From Azolla caroliniana (taxonomy: Eukaryota > Plantae > Polypodiophyta), in assembly GCA_043228905.1 (NCBI GenBank), contig JBHGNT010000015.1, forward strand, positions 14,632,001-14,696,000: a DNA stretch of 64,000 bases, given 5' to 3'. Of the stretch, positions 40,388 through 52,848 are shown piece by piece (positions within the stretch are counted from its first letter, which is position 1; every line of letters begins with the position of its first letter). A program made the translations under genes and the position numbers. The notes beneath the pieces were generated by a model. It made no database searches and was not told the origin of the DNA. It saw only the letters and a program-made list of their open reading frames with translations.

Positions 40388-40479
40388 CTACTTTTCCAAA
40401 TTAGAAAATCTGATAGATATTTTCAATGAACCCACTGATTTCTTATTGCAACCACTTAAATTTATCCATTTAGTAATAC
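40388..40479 (-). CDS. C2CD3: C2CD3-like exon ending in TAG
   Basis: TTGCAG acceptor. Reads GITKWINL...SVGSLKISIRFSNLEK*. A canonical AAG|GTAAGG donor lies 23 nt further on (40365/40364). Confidence 0.72.
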
Positions 40480-43400
40480 CTGCAATTACATTTTCTCTCT
40501 TTCTCTCTCTTACATGCATGATAATTTAAGCGTCATACTCAAATATCCATCGAGCAGGGTGAGCACATATGTCTGTGCATTATTTTCAAATAAGAGTTTT
40601 TACAATAGAGTAATAAACCCCCCTTTCTTAGGACGGAGTCACATACATGATGATATATTTATTTGTTTAATTTATATTTATATCTATATCTATATCTATA
40701 TCTATATCTATATCTCTATTCCTATTCCTATTTGTATTCGTATATTTATATTAATATGTATATGTACATTGTATGCTCTACATTACTTACGAAGGGAAGG
40801 GATCGTCTATCAGCGAAAGACATGTTGTAAAACCACCCACGCGAAAACAGAAAACAGAGATTACACAGTATAGACTCTTTTACGTGGAAACCCTAAAAAA
40901 CAGGAAAACCACGGGCAACAAAGAATCACTATATCAGAGATGTACAAGGTAGAACAGATTACAACACTCTCTGTATAGTGTATCAGCCACACAGGGCTCT
41001 TGGCGTCTAATGTTACACAGCTATGGCGCTGCTCACTCACGCGCTATGTTTTGTTTTCTCTCTACACAACACTGTCATAAACACTATGTTTGCCCTAGGC
41101 GTATTTATACTCTTACACTATGGGATATTCACAAATATAGCTCTTATTATTACTATGAATAATAATACTCTGTCAATCAGCCGACTAATTGACTCTTGTG
41201 TCGATTTGTGTCCAGTCGGCCCGACTAGTCGGTCTTGTCTTTGACTTGGACCATCTATCCAATACTGTCGACTCTCCCAGTCGACACGCTGGTCGATCCA
41301 ATCAACCATCCTATGTTCGGTATGTCGATCCAACTGTCGACTCCTTCCTCGACTTCGACTATTGAATCTCCCATAAGAGGGACATATTCCTAACAAAATC
41401 CCCCTTAACTCCTATGGGGTGGAGTCGGTCATTCCAATCTTCTGTCGACAAACTCTGAGTCTGTTCATAGGTAGGTTCTTCGTGAGCATGTTAGATCCAT
41501 TATCATCTGTATGGATCTTCGCGAGGGTAAACTCTCCCTCATCCACTTTCTCTCAGAACCAGTGATACCTTCTCTATATGTGTTTGGTTCGAGAGTGATA
41601 TGCAGCGTTCTTGGCTAAGTGTATGGCACTCAGATCTTGAAGATCCTTAATCCTTTTTACAAAGGATTCTACTTTCTCTCCATCAGCGAGCTTCTCTGCA
41701 GCAAGCTGATTTTCGAGGATTTGTATCCTTGTATAGTTTCTGGTTTCATACTGGCTGGCCAATATGCTCCAAGCTTCACGTGCCCTGGTTGTATGTTGCA
41801 CTAATGTTAGTACAGAGTCACATACACCAGTGACTATGGTACACAACGCATCAGCATTCCTTCTCTTCCAAGCTCAAAGTAGATCAACATTTGGAGGGAT
41901 TGATGTGGTAGGGTGTGCAGGGTCAAAGGTCACCATGGGCTCAGGGTCTCCTCCTGTGGATCCCATGATTGTCTCCAACAACTCATAGGAGTCCAAAATG
42001 GCAGACATTTTGAACTTCCATAGAGTGTAGTTGGTTCCATTTAGCTTTCCATTAGACAATGGAGGTGGGCGAATGCGCAGTGGAGTAGCTGCAACATTCG
42101 TGGACAAGGCCATTGATACTCTCTCTCTCTATTTCTCCGTGCTGCTAGACAACAACTGCCCATATATACCTAATCTAGATCAACCTCTCAGCTCTGATAC
42201 CATGTTAGAAATATTGAGAATCGATTAGATAGGTATATAGAGTTACAACCACAATGATGGATATATGAAAACAAAACTTCTATACATATGAGAGTAGCTC
42301 ACAATGGTAGTTCACCCATGCACTCACACCTTAGAGCTTAGATGAGATCTAGACCAGCTCACTACAAAATTAATGGGGACTGATGATCAATTCAACCACT
42401 ATGTAAGAAAGTGGATTATATTTTATGTTTGGTCTGAGTATAACATTAAATGTGCAAATCAATTGATAGTAGTGGAGATATTCCTTTTCTATCAACTGAC
42501 TTTTCATTTAATATGACCCAACTCCCTAGATACATGTTAGTGCCAGATAGTACTTATCTTGAAGTCAATGGCACATACTTCAAGACTAAGTACATCGTAA
42601 CTTGCCCACAAAATATTCTAGTTGACTTGATTAGCCAATCCTATTACCTATTTTGCTCTTTCCTAAATCCATTGTGTCCTAGACATCTATGGTTTCTTAG
42701 ATTAACACCTTATCGACCCATATGGTCGAATTGCACACTAGCCGCTCCTCATTTGGGGCACTATCACAAAATGTGCACTCTAAGAGCACATATGGGGATA
42801 GATTTACAACTTGGGGCTGATCATTGATTATATCTAACAGGAGACACATACAAACTAGCACTAAAAGTGTAGTGACTAATTCCACAAAACTAGAAGAATA
42901 TACTAAAGAAAGGACTAATAAGTCTACACTTCCTCATATAATCGAATGAATTTCAGAATAGGCACCAATGCCAAGGAGTGAAGCACATTCTGGAAGAGTT
43001 GTTGGAACCGGTCCATTTCCAAATATCAATCACCAAGTTGTAAACTCAAATAGAGAGCCAAGTGTCAAGAGTTTTTAAAGAATACTTTATCAAAGAAGAC
43101 AGGATAAAACTCCTAAGAACAGAATGTTGGAACATCTAGTAACTCTAATCGACTGGCACTTGTTGTCATCATGACTAAATAGAGGTATTTAGGTATATCA
43201 CTTGCACATATTGGCAAATAAAAAGACATTGAATATTGATAATGCCAAATGTGATGTAATAGAATGGAACATGAGATATAATTTTGAACTGTCACCTTGA
43301 AAGGTGATTTACAGTGAACCTTGCAAATGCAACCATTCTCCATCCTTTTTTTTGAAAAGGTGCAACCATACAATTGAGACTACCAAATGTGATGTAATAG

Positions 43401-46400
43401 GAATGGAACATGAGATGTAACATTGAACTGTCACCTTAACAGGTGATTTATAGTGAACCTTGCAAATTCAACCGTTCTCCATCCCTTTTCTGAAAAGGTG
43501 CAATATTCTTGCCAGAAGTACAATCTCGGGCAATATGACCATATATATGGGTCATTGGATACGTTTCTTTTCCGTGTTTATAACATTTATTTTGGTTTTG
43601 TTATTCTCAGAGATGAGACAGCAACTTACGAGGTATCTCTTCTTTGGTCTTATATGCCATTCTGGCCTCTTCAAAGACGTTAATATATCTTTCTTTCCTT
43701 CTCTCATGTTTCTGGTGCCTCCCTCTGGTTTATATGAAATGTTTGGAGTGTTAATCTTACTTATATCAAGGCTTCTAAAGTTCCTACAAGAGCTGACTAA
43801 TTCTGGCTAAATTGACTGAGCTTCTCTACACATTGAAAAATCATATTAGTGCATATGCATGCTCTTTCCAAGTAGAATCTTCTTGCCCATACATCATCTT
43901 ATCTCATGTCTCACGGGATCACTGCTGAGACCGAAGCCAAGGAAAATCTTATATAGCAAGGGAAGGCAAAGTTCCCTAAGTAGAATCTATTAAAGCTCTT
44001 ATAGGGAACTTTACGATGCTAAAAGAAATATTACTAAATCTTCATATTTCCATCTTTGTGATGCTTTCTACAGCGCTTCACATAATGATAATATACTTAG
44101 TGATGACAGCATACATGAGGAGCCCAAACCCATATGAGCATATTGATCCAGAACACAATGTCTTGAAAGTTCAGACTTGAATTAAGACCAAAACCTCAAT
44201 CTCTATGAATCCTTAATATGTCTCATTTTGCAGCCACCAGAATCGTGTAACCTTAAAAGTGAAATCTAGATTACAGTTCACAGCATTATCATTTAAATAG
44301 TATATGCATTTGCAAACCTTTTTTTTGTGAAATCAACATTACACATGGAACCATACAAACTCCAACCCAGAAATCCTCTCGAGAAGGAGTTGATGGAGAA
44401 CATTGTTTTTGCGTATGAAGTACATGCTTCCAAACTTCAAAAGTCATATAGCTTTGTTGCATTTCCTTAATCATCAATCCATCTAATGTTACATTCATTC
44501 TAAACTGTAGATTTTGTACATCCTACATGAAAATCTGCATTAGCCTCTTGTAAAAAATAGAAAACACGCATATAAAAGATTTCAACTCTACCTTTGTCCA
44601 AGCCTTGAGAACAGGAGGGTAGCTATGTCCAAGCTCTTGATTAAAAGGAAATAAAGAAAATCTTATACTCCACTTTGTTGTTACAGGATGTTTTGAAAGT
44701 TTGAACTTGTCCTGTTTATCACATAAGCAACCCATACAACGATTTTTATGATTAAAAATGCTCTATAACATCACACATTACTTTCATTGAACATATATAA
44801 TGCGTGTAACTCTCATGGTATGTGCATCTCTTGACAGAAAATACATGCCCATAGTGGAATAACAAAGTATGAGGTGGTAAAGACAAAACAAGAGATGGCG
44901 ATAGTAGCCGCAAGCAGACAGGTAAGATTGTTGTCAGATATATAGACCTGAACTTCAAGAACAAAAAAATGACAATTAAAGGCACCATGAATACATCCTA
45001 AACTGGAAATTTATAACGGTTCACAAAAGCATAACAACAACGTAACAATACCTCGATGACCATATCCAAAATTAATGCATCCAAAGTTGCTTGAACCGGA
45101 AAAACCGATTTTGAAGATGATATAGCAAAATCTGAAAAGATCGTGTCATCAAGCAAATACCTCTCAGCAAGTTCAAAGCGATCATATGATATTTGCACAA
45201 TCAGACTTGTTGCCATAGCTAATGGACTCAAATTCACCCATTTCTGGAATGTCAGTGGAAGATTAAATAGCCGAGTTATCTGCAAAGAGAATTTGAAGCA
45301 TTCAATTAACAATTAACTAGACTATCCACTAGGTTTTATAAAACCACTATTTATATTAATTGCCTACTGAGAATCCGTGGGGAAATAGTATTCTATTCAG
45401 TGACTATAGACATACTGAAGTTTAACTGATGGAGATAAGTAGGCATGCTAGTAGCAAAAATGGGGAGAAATGTATGATCATCAGAATACAGGAAGCAAAG
45501 CAGATTTCACAACCTAATGACATTAAATGATACTATATACTAAAAATCAGGAAACATGATTCATCTTTGTCGGGTCTCAATCAGACTCAAAAATATAGCC
45601 TTGAAACCATTAGATATTCAATTATATAGCTATCGTCGAAAAACCCTTGAAATTCAACCTGAAAACCATGATGTGTTTATTATGACACTATTTCAAATTT
45701 GAAAGTCACCAAAGTTGCTTGCAATCAATACTGAAACATCAAGCTTGGGGCAAGGGCCTTAAACTGCCACTCAAACATTGGGCACACATACACCCATAGT
45801 AGCAATCAGAATGTTGGGCAAATTAGATGCACAAAGAGAAGACCAAAGTCTTTTCATCATGAGCAAGTACTCCATCATGAAAAGGACAAAGTAAAGTAGC
45901 TTCTGAAATCAAGGTACATGAAAGAAGCCTTTCATTAAGAACAAGAAACCTGAAGAAACAACCCAAAACAAAGAGTGAACTTTCTGTGGTTGGTGTGCTT
46001 AGCTCAAGTGTCGCGGCCATTAAGGCCACCATCTACCAAAGAAATGCCATGAAAATGCCATGGGATGCCATGAAAATTGTGATTGACTAGGAAGCAAAGG
46101 GGAACTTGCAACCAATGCATAAATTGGCCTTTAAGGTAGTGCATAGTGAGATTTCACATAGTAATCTTTATTATTTTCCGTCTAAGTTTTGTGAAAGGTT
46201 AGCAACCCTTACAACTCTAATACAATGAAGCCAGGGACAAGCATGGGATGTGAGAGGTGAAAAAAAGCCTAGCCATCTAAGCATTGTGCATGTGGATATC
46301 AGAAGATATGCCAATATGAGTTAGGGGTAGTACATCAAGGACTGAAAATGATCTTGAAGAGGGAATCTAGCAGAGAAAGTTGTGTCAACAGTAGGCGCAT

Positions 46401-49400
46401 AGCTAGAAATACCGCAAAGCCTCTACAGAGATAGAAGCAGTAGGCTATTGCGGTGAGAGAAATTCATACATAGATCTATATACAAAACACAGAAAAATAG
46501 AAATTCAACAACAAACAAATGAATATATGAAAACATCTATGAACCAAATCACCTTCAAAGATGACAGTTTCTCAGATGTCATTTTGAAAGGACATAAAAT
46601 ATCCTTAATTGGAAGAACTGCAAAACCAATGCATTTCTTTTTTTGTTTCATGTGAGGACTTCTTTTCTCTTGCTTTTTATCATTCTGTATATCCATGTTA
46701 AGATCATTAGACATTTTCAGCCTATAGTGGTAGGAATTTGATCTTATGTCTCTTTTACTGTTTAGAACCGAAATGTAAGTCCATAATTCAAATCTTAGGC
46801 AAGATGTAAATTTGTCCATTTTTTTAAGATAATCAATCAAGCATTGATCTTCTGCAAGAGTGATGCGATGATGTGCAGTTGCTCCAAAAATAATTGTTTC
46901 CCCCAACTCAATATCCTGATCCATAAAACAAATGAGAGAGGAAGTTATAATTCTCCCTTGCCAAAAAGTAAACACCTTTTAAACTTCATAATTGCTCAAA
47001 CGCAACATCTTTATTGAAAAAGACATACAAACAGCAAAATATTGTACTAAAGAATCTAGTTATCTAACCACTTAAGATTCTGAACTTAGACTGAAACTTC
47101 TGCTTCTGAAAGATCTCCAACATGCCTCCGATTTATTGTACCCCCTTGCCAGTTTCCTGATCAAGACACCATTAGAAAGAGAGGGGGAGAGAGCACAGCG
47201 AGAATGTTGACATCTCCTTCAACAGACCTTCTGTCTATTTATTTTGAGGTCCAAATCCTTCATTATAGGGGCAGTCATATCTTCCTCAGAAGAGAAACTT
47301 CATTATTTGGCTGTCTTTGTGCCTTGTTGAACATTTAGATCGATCCAAGTTCATTATGTCTCCACTTTTATAATATTTTTCCATATCACTTCATTTCTCT
47401 CTGACTTAATTCATGTCCAGAAATAAACAGTCAGTATATACTCATATGGTTGGAGCATGTACTTGGAACCAATCTTTCATTTTTACATCCCAAAAATTCA
47501 TTATGTCTCCACTTTTATAATATTTTTCCTTATCATTTTATTTCTCTCTGACTTAATTCATGTCCAGAAATAAACAGTCAGTGTATACTCAAATGGTTGG
47601 AGCATGTACTTGGAACCAATATTTCTTTTTTACAAACCAAAAATTGGTTTCACCTTCATATGCCAGGTGCAGATGCCTAGGTAAAAGCATGTCATGGATA
47701 TCAATGTCTAGGTAGCTCCCATATTCAATGTATACAAGTCGCCACTTGGAAAAGCATCTCTAAGACTATTGGTGCTGCTCCCAACTCCAAACATTTCGTG
47801 TGGTACTTATGTTTACTTCTTACCATACAGACAATCATTGTAACAAGTGGCACTTCCATGTCTCTCCAATCTTCTGTATTGCAGACATTTGATCCCCGTA
47901 TCTCTGTTCTGTACAAGAGGGTGAGTGTGATCAATGTATAAATATAACTTGGTATGCAGTTCCTGCAACTGGACACAAGCACATTGTTCCTCAAGTGTTC
48001 ACAAAGCTGCAGAGCCTCTAGAGAGAGTCCAGGTGTGGCCAACTCTTTCAAACAGAGAAACAAGATGCATGTGAATGTGCCCCAAATATACATATAATGG
48101 CATACTGGTTGCTATATAAACAAAAATTGATGATCCAGCTTACTCACCATGCATTGTTTCTGTTAAACATAATATATTCTTGGTGTTACGGAGCTGACGA
48201 AAGAGACTTCTTTGGTTAGACGTTTTTACAGGCCTTCAAGCACTTACTAAGATCACGAAAATATTGGTTGCATAATGCAGTATGGGTAAGAGTAGTCTGT
48301 GAAAACTCGTCCCATGTCTGCCAAATCTTTATGTAATCTGAAATCTTATTGATGTACCTCAATTTTTATGAGCGTTGCATCAGTGTCAAAAGGCTGTCTA
48401 GAAATATACAAAACAGTGATATATTCTTTTGCCATGGGCTCTACCCTCTTCAACAAAAGCTCCTAGCATGACTATGTTGTCTATGCCCATTTATTTTTAC
48501 TTAAGAAAAATAATAATACTGAAATATATATACCATTAGTATAGAAAATGTTTTCACTTACATGTGTGAAAAGTGGTTCATCTTCTCCTGGAAACACATA
48601 TTTGATAAAAGCAAATCCTATTCATCAATAGAAAGAATTTCAATAACTTACATCTGAAATGCATTTATAACAATTGTATGAGATTGTTTTACATTATTAT
48701 CATTAGTTGAGCATTTCAGAACAAAATCAAGCCAAGACATCAGTTTTATACCCAGTAATCAAATGCTTTGCACACTTAATGACCCATTTACCAGACGACA
48801 AATAACAAACTACTCCATACAATCTACTAAATTAGTAGCTTTTGAAGATACACATAGATGGGATGCACACAAAACACAGATCTTCTTAATTAAAAACTCA
48901 TTGTTCCATAATCCAATTAAAATCGATAATATAGGTGACTTGAGAAGATTGTTTAAACAATGGAAAATATATCCAGGTTGTCATGACAATAGAGAAAATG
49001 CATGAAAATGTAGTGGATTGTACTAACACGGGTCCAAAGGAGATATTTGGGATATAGAAGTGTTTCTCATCATATACTGCCATTAAATTACTATGATACT
49101 GAAAATACAAAACTGTTTTAACCCTTGAATGATGGAAACAGTCCTAGGTGTTGAGCACAACTTTCGAAGGAGTCCTTCACACCTAAAAATGGTTGTAGGA
49201 GATGTGAAATACAAACTTCCAAACACATCTATCACCAAAACTATACAGCTTTGCTTTTTCAACCATTGATCTAGGAGACGTGATTTTAAAAACAAGTCAG
49301 CATATCTGGATAGCGTCCAAAGAAAAGCTTTTCTTACCGTATAGTCTAAAATCCTCTTTGCCACCATTTTTACATTGAGTTGGCAATTGTGAAATAACAG

Positions 49401-49659
49401 TGTATTGTACGATAACCCATGTATGACATCACCCACTACATTGATGGAACTAGAGACATGACATTATTGCATTGAAAGTGGTGATGTGGAGGACCAACTC
49501 ATGCCTACCATGTTCCAGCTTGAAGTACACCTGTGCAATAGACAATCTCCATTTGGATTATGCATATCTCCCACAATAATGATGGACGAAAGAGAAGTGA
49601 CATAACATTCTTGCATAGAAAGTAATGACATCGAAAACCATACCAACTTGGGTATACTA

Positions 49660-49725
<66 letters not shown>

Positions 49726-52431
49726 AATATGATGTTTCCATTCCTGTTATGCTATCTTAATGTATCAAAGCAAGCAATTGCTAAAGAGAAAGATATGAAC
49801 TCTAAGACAGGTTAGCTGCCTTCTACAAAATGACAAATCTGCTTACGTCTATGGCAGGCCACAGAAAAATGAAACTCCATGATTCCACATGAAAAAGGGA
49901 GAATTCTAAGCAGATGGTGACATTGATTCTAAATGTGTTCTACATAAGGCTGGAAGTGTTTCTACCATTAAATGAAAAGATGCAGAGCCCATCCACTCCT
50001 TGCCCCAGGAAATATGTTTATCGAAATCATCTAGATCCTTAAAAACTATCATTCCAATAAAAGAAAGGTTGCATCAAACAAGAAGGATCTTACTAGAATT
50101 TTTTTCGATGTCATTCTTCAATAATACATCAATTGGGACATTCTTAGCTCTCTGGACTGTCACTTCAAAGACATGCCTTTGTGTGATACCCTTAACAAGA
50201 AAGTAAATAATAAGTTATACATAATACAACATTAACAAACAACTTTATAAGATTGTGATATGAAGCATTTAAAGAGCTATTAATGGTCAGCCCAAATAAG
50301 AAACAAAATGACAGGTCAATCAACAAAGTAGCAAGTCTAGATATGATTCTCCAACACAAATTTAAATGCAATGATCTTCACATAAATTGAACAGCTGAGA
50401 TAAGAACTCACATCTTCAGCAGAGAGCTTTTCATTTTCGGATGTCTTTATCCTTAACCTTACATTTCGTATCCTTTCCAGAAACCGTCTGCCATACCTTT
50501 GTATAATTACAGCAGACCGAGTCTGTTTAAGGACGTTTAGCATTTGTTTCTTTTCACCCATACATATCATGACCCTTGCCTTTGCTTTCTTTGAGCCATT
50601 CTGGGATAGCCACAACGGAAAATTTCCATTCACCATATTTTCGTAGGTTCTAATTCTTGGAACCTGGACAGCTGAAAGTGGTACTTTTACCAACCCACAG
50701 AGATTGTCAAGTCCACCATTTTCTGATCGTGTTGAGCCACCACTATTACACCATATCTCTATGTAAATAGTGGTTCCATGAGTTAATGCTGGAGCTTCTA
50801 AAATGACATCACCAAGTATCGGTATCGTTGAACATGAATTTGAGTCTGAGTTCATAGAAATAAACCTTAGGGCAGAATGATGCTCTGACTTGATAATCAG
50901 CATCAAGGATTTGATTTCCCCATTCAAATTGGCCATTCTTAGCACAGATGTGCCAATATAGATACGAACATATAGCCAGCTTTCCTGTTATGAAATGAGT
51001 GTTGCGTCAAAGTCCACATATCTGAGAATCAGCTGCCAAATATTATTCCTCTATTTGGTCGTATTATGCAAATGCAAGATCCAAATCCTGAAACAAAGCA
51101 TGTCACGAAAACATAGACATTTAGGGCTCAATGTCTATACCTTTATTTGAATGTTTGATTTTTCTTGTATGGTGGCACCATAATCATGGACAACTTGTAA
51201 CCCTATGTCAAGTATTCCCAGAGGTTGTCGACACTTCAACAGCATTTGTTGAGTACAACTTTCTTCCTCTTTAATGTTCTCAGCATTAAGGCTCTCATTC
51301 TGGCAGCTAATATTAGAATACTTTGGTGAGCTGATCAAAACCATATGTGTTTGACGCACAGAAGATGTGTCTTTGACAACATCCTGTAGGGAAAGGTAGC
51401 CATTGCATTGTAATATAGTCTTCCCACTTTTACCTCTAAATTCAACATCAGCTTCCAGCATTTGATGCTCCCTCCATATATTAGAGATAACTTGATCTGG
51501 TGAAATCCTCCAGAAAAGTTGGAACTGATGATCAAACACAGATTTCTCGGTCGTTACTTTAACAGCCCTTATATATATACATTGTTCAGGGCATTGGAAG
51601 CTATTTCCTTTCACACCAGGAACAGTAAAAGCAAGGAAACACGAATCTACTTCATCTAGTTTGCGCTCTGATTCCATTACCCTAACCAAAGGCTCACAAA
51701 AAACCATCTTTCCAACGTTGAAAGTAAGCACAACTCTGCTCTGATATTTGACGAGAGTACCTAAACAAATGTACCCTTGAGTGAAAAGAAATCGAAAATG
51801 TACCCTTGATTAACAAGTAAAAGGAATTCATTAAAGACTATTAAAGGAGAGGAAAGCATTGCTTGAATGAAAAATATCCAAGTATACATACAAATGGATC
51901 CCTCACCTGAACCAAAAGAAATTCGATTACACACTAGCAGAAGAAAGTAAAATTTTCTATGCAAATGCATCACCTCGAACAAAATGAAATCAAGAAAAAT
52001 CTACAGAAAAATATATCAGCCTAATGAAATTAAATCCATTATTATACTAGAAAAACGTGAAAGGGGCAATTATATGCACAAATGTGTTGTTCGAACAAAA
52101 TCAAATTGACTATAAATACAGGACTTCACAAACTTTAAAGAAATCGACTGTACGCTGCTGGCAAATAAAAAGAAATAGAGTTGGCTACACAAGGGAAACC
52201 AAAACAAACGAACTATAGACTAGTAGAATCAAAGGGAAAAAAATTTAACACAAGTGCCTGTTTTGAATATAAAGAAATTGGCAAAACATGAAAGTAAAAA
52301 TCATATACGGAAATGAAATTATTGAATGTAAAAAAGTGAGACTCATAAAGCAGCAAAACAAAGGGGGAAAAAATTATGAGCAGAAACGCAGAGATGTTGG
52401 GATTGGATAAATTCAAATGGAAAGAAAGGAA

Positions 52432-52492
<61 letters not shown>

Positions 52493-52848
52493 CATCTTGC
52501 CTGCATCATCTGACGGAGCTTTTTCTGCCTCAGGGAAGAACAGTTCTTGCAGCAGAGCCTTTTCTGCAACATAACTTGGATCTTCTATGCTAAGCTCTCT
52601 TTCATCCTCGTCATCATCATCATCTTCTTCATCATCATCTTTATATATTACCCTGTCTGCTGTATTCTTCAGATTAAGCGTAGCAGAAGATTGAGAAAGC
52701 GTGTGTCTGAAGGCCATTGCCCGTTTGATGAGCGTGGAGACAGGATCGCTGGTACTGATGGCCATGGCCATGGCCATCCTCCTCCTCCTCCACTCCTCGT
52801 CGTTCTTGGCCCCTTCGTACGTGCAGTGCAATGCATTCTTTGAATCGC
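40388..52848 (-). CDS. C2CD3: C2CD3-like multi-C2-domain centriole protein gene (10 exons in window; 5' exons probably outside; ends at in-frame TAG 40388-40390)
   Basis: Exons 52501-52848 (or from ATG 52777), 51141-51760, 50412-50984, 50094-50190, 48562-48617, 46553-46915, 45052-45279, 44592-44711, 44318-44522, 40388-40479 splice in phase (2631 nt from ATG 52777). Motifs match recalled C2CD3 blocks in order: VSTLIKRAMAFRHTL, DPSY..KALLQELFF, IEIW..DNLCGLVKVPL..RVMICMG, HVFEVTV..FIKYVFP, IFGATAHHRITL..RFELW, FEVWKH..KKGITKW..GSLKISIRF. Confidence 0.8.
40823..42839 (-). mobile_element. Internally deleted / chimeric Ty1/copia element within a C2CD3 intron
   Basis: 3' LTR 40823-41395 with PPT. 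RNase H end (SAIHLAKNAAYHSRTKHI) fused directly to gag (KLNGTNYTLWKFKM). Perfect PBS TGGTATCAGAGC at 42191-42202. The PBS-side LTR 42203-42839 does not match the other LTR. Confidence 0.85.
43245..43503. repeat. ~138-bp tandem duplication (intronic)
   Basis: CCAAATGTGATGTAATAG...GAAAAGGTGCAA occurs twice. Confidence 0.85.
44318..44522 (-). CDS. C2CD3: C2CD3-like exon (C2 domain end)
   Basis: TGTAG acceptor, AAG|GTTTGC donor. Reads MTFEVWKH...EDFWVGVCMVP. Confidence 0.75.
44592..44711 (-). CDS. C2CD3: C2CD3-like exon
   Basis: AACAG acceptor, AAG|GTAGAG donor, 40 open codons, followed by a 69-bp intron. Confidence 0.6.
45052..45279 (-). CDS. C2CD3: C2CD3-like exon
   Basis: TTTGCAG acceptor, GAG|GTATTG donor, 76 open codons. 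Confidence 0.7.
46553..46915 (-). CDS. C2CD3: C2CD3-like exon
   Basis: ATCAG acceptor, AAG|GTGATT donor. Reads IIFGATAHHRITL...CLRFELW...IGFAVLPI. Confidence 0.78.
47350..47645. repeat. 147-bp tandem duplication (intronic)
   Basis: TTCATTATGTCTCCACTTTTATAAT at 47350 and 47497. Confidence 0.9.
48562..48617 (-). CDS. C2CD3: C2CD3-like micro-exon (56 bp)
   Basis: AATAG acceptor, CAT|GTAAGT donor. Reads FAFIKYVFPGEDEPLFTH; phases fit both neighbours. Confidence 0.75.
49663..49724. repeat. (TG)n microsatellite
   Basis: Direct read. Confidence 0.95.
50094..50190 (-). CDS. C2CD3: C2CD3-like exon
   Basis: TTAAG acceptor, A|GTAAGA donor. Reads GITQRHVFEVTVQRAKNVP. Confidence 0.75.
50412..50984 (-). 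CDS. C2CD3: C2CD3-like exon (C2 domain plus IQ-like motif)
   Basis: TAACAG acceptor, GAT|GTGAGT donor. Contains DNLCGLVKVPL and SAVIIQRYGRRFLER. Confidence 0.82.
51141..51760 (-). CDS. C2CD3: C2CD3-like exon (C2 domain)
   Basis: TTTAG acceptor, AAG|GTATAG donor, open frame (ORF 51135-51731). Confidence 0.8.
52435..52490. repeat. (GA)n microsatellite at the start of the GC-AG intron
   Basis: Direct read. Confidence 0.95.
52501..52848 (-). CDS. C2CD3: C2CD3-like exon (first in window)
   Basis: Possible AAG acceptor at 52849-50 or ATG at 52777. Acidic tract and ALLQELFF. GC donor GCAG|GCAAG, phase 1. Confidence 0.72.

Noticed and set aside
47725-49436. Minus-strand ORFs 47725-48093 and 49083-49436 as additional C2CD3 exons
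   Set aside because: The flanking exons already join in phase with continuous C2 motifs, and these ORFs lack matching motifs. Alternative exons cannot be fully excluded.
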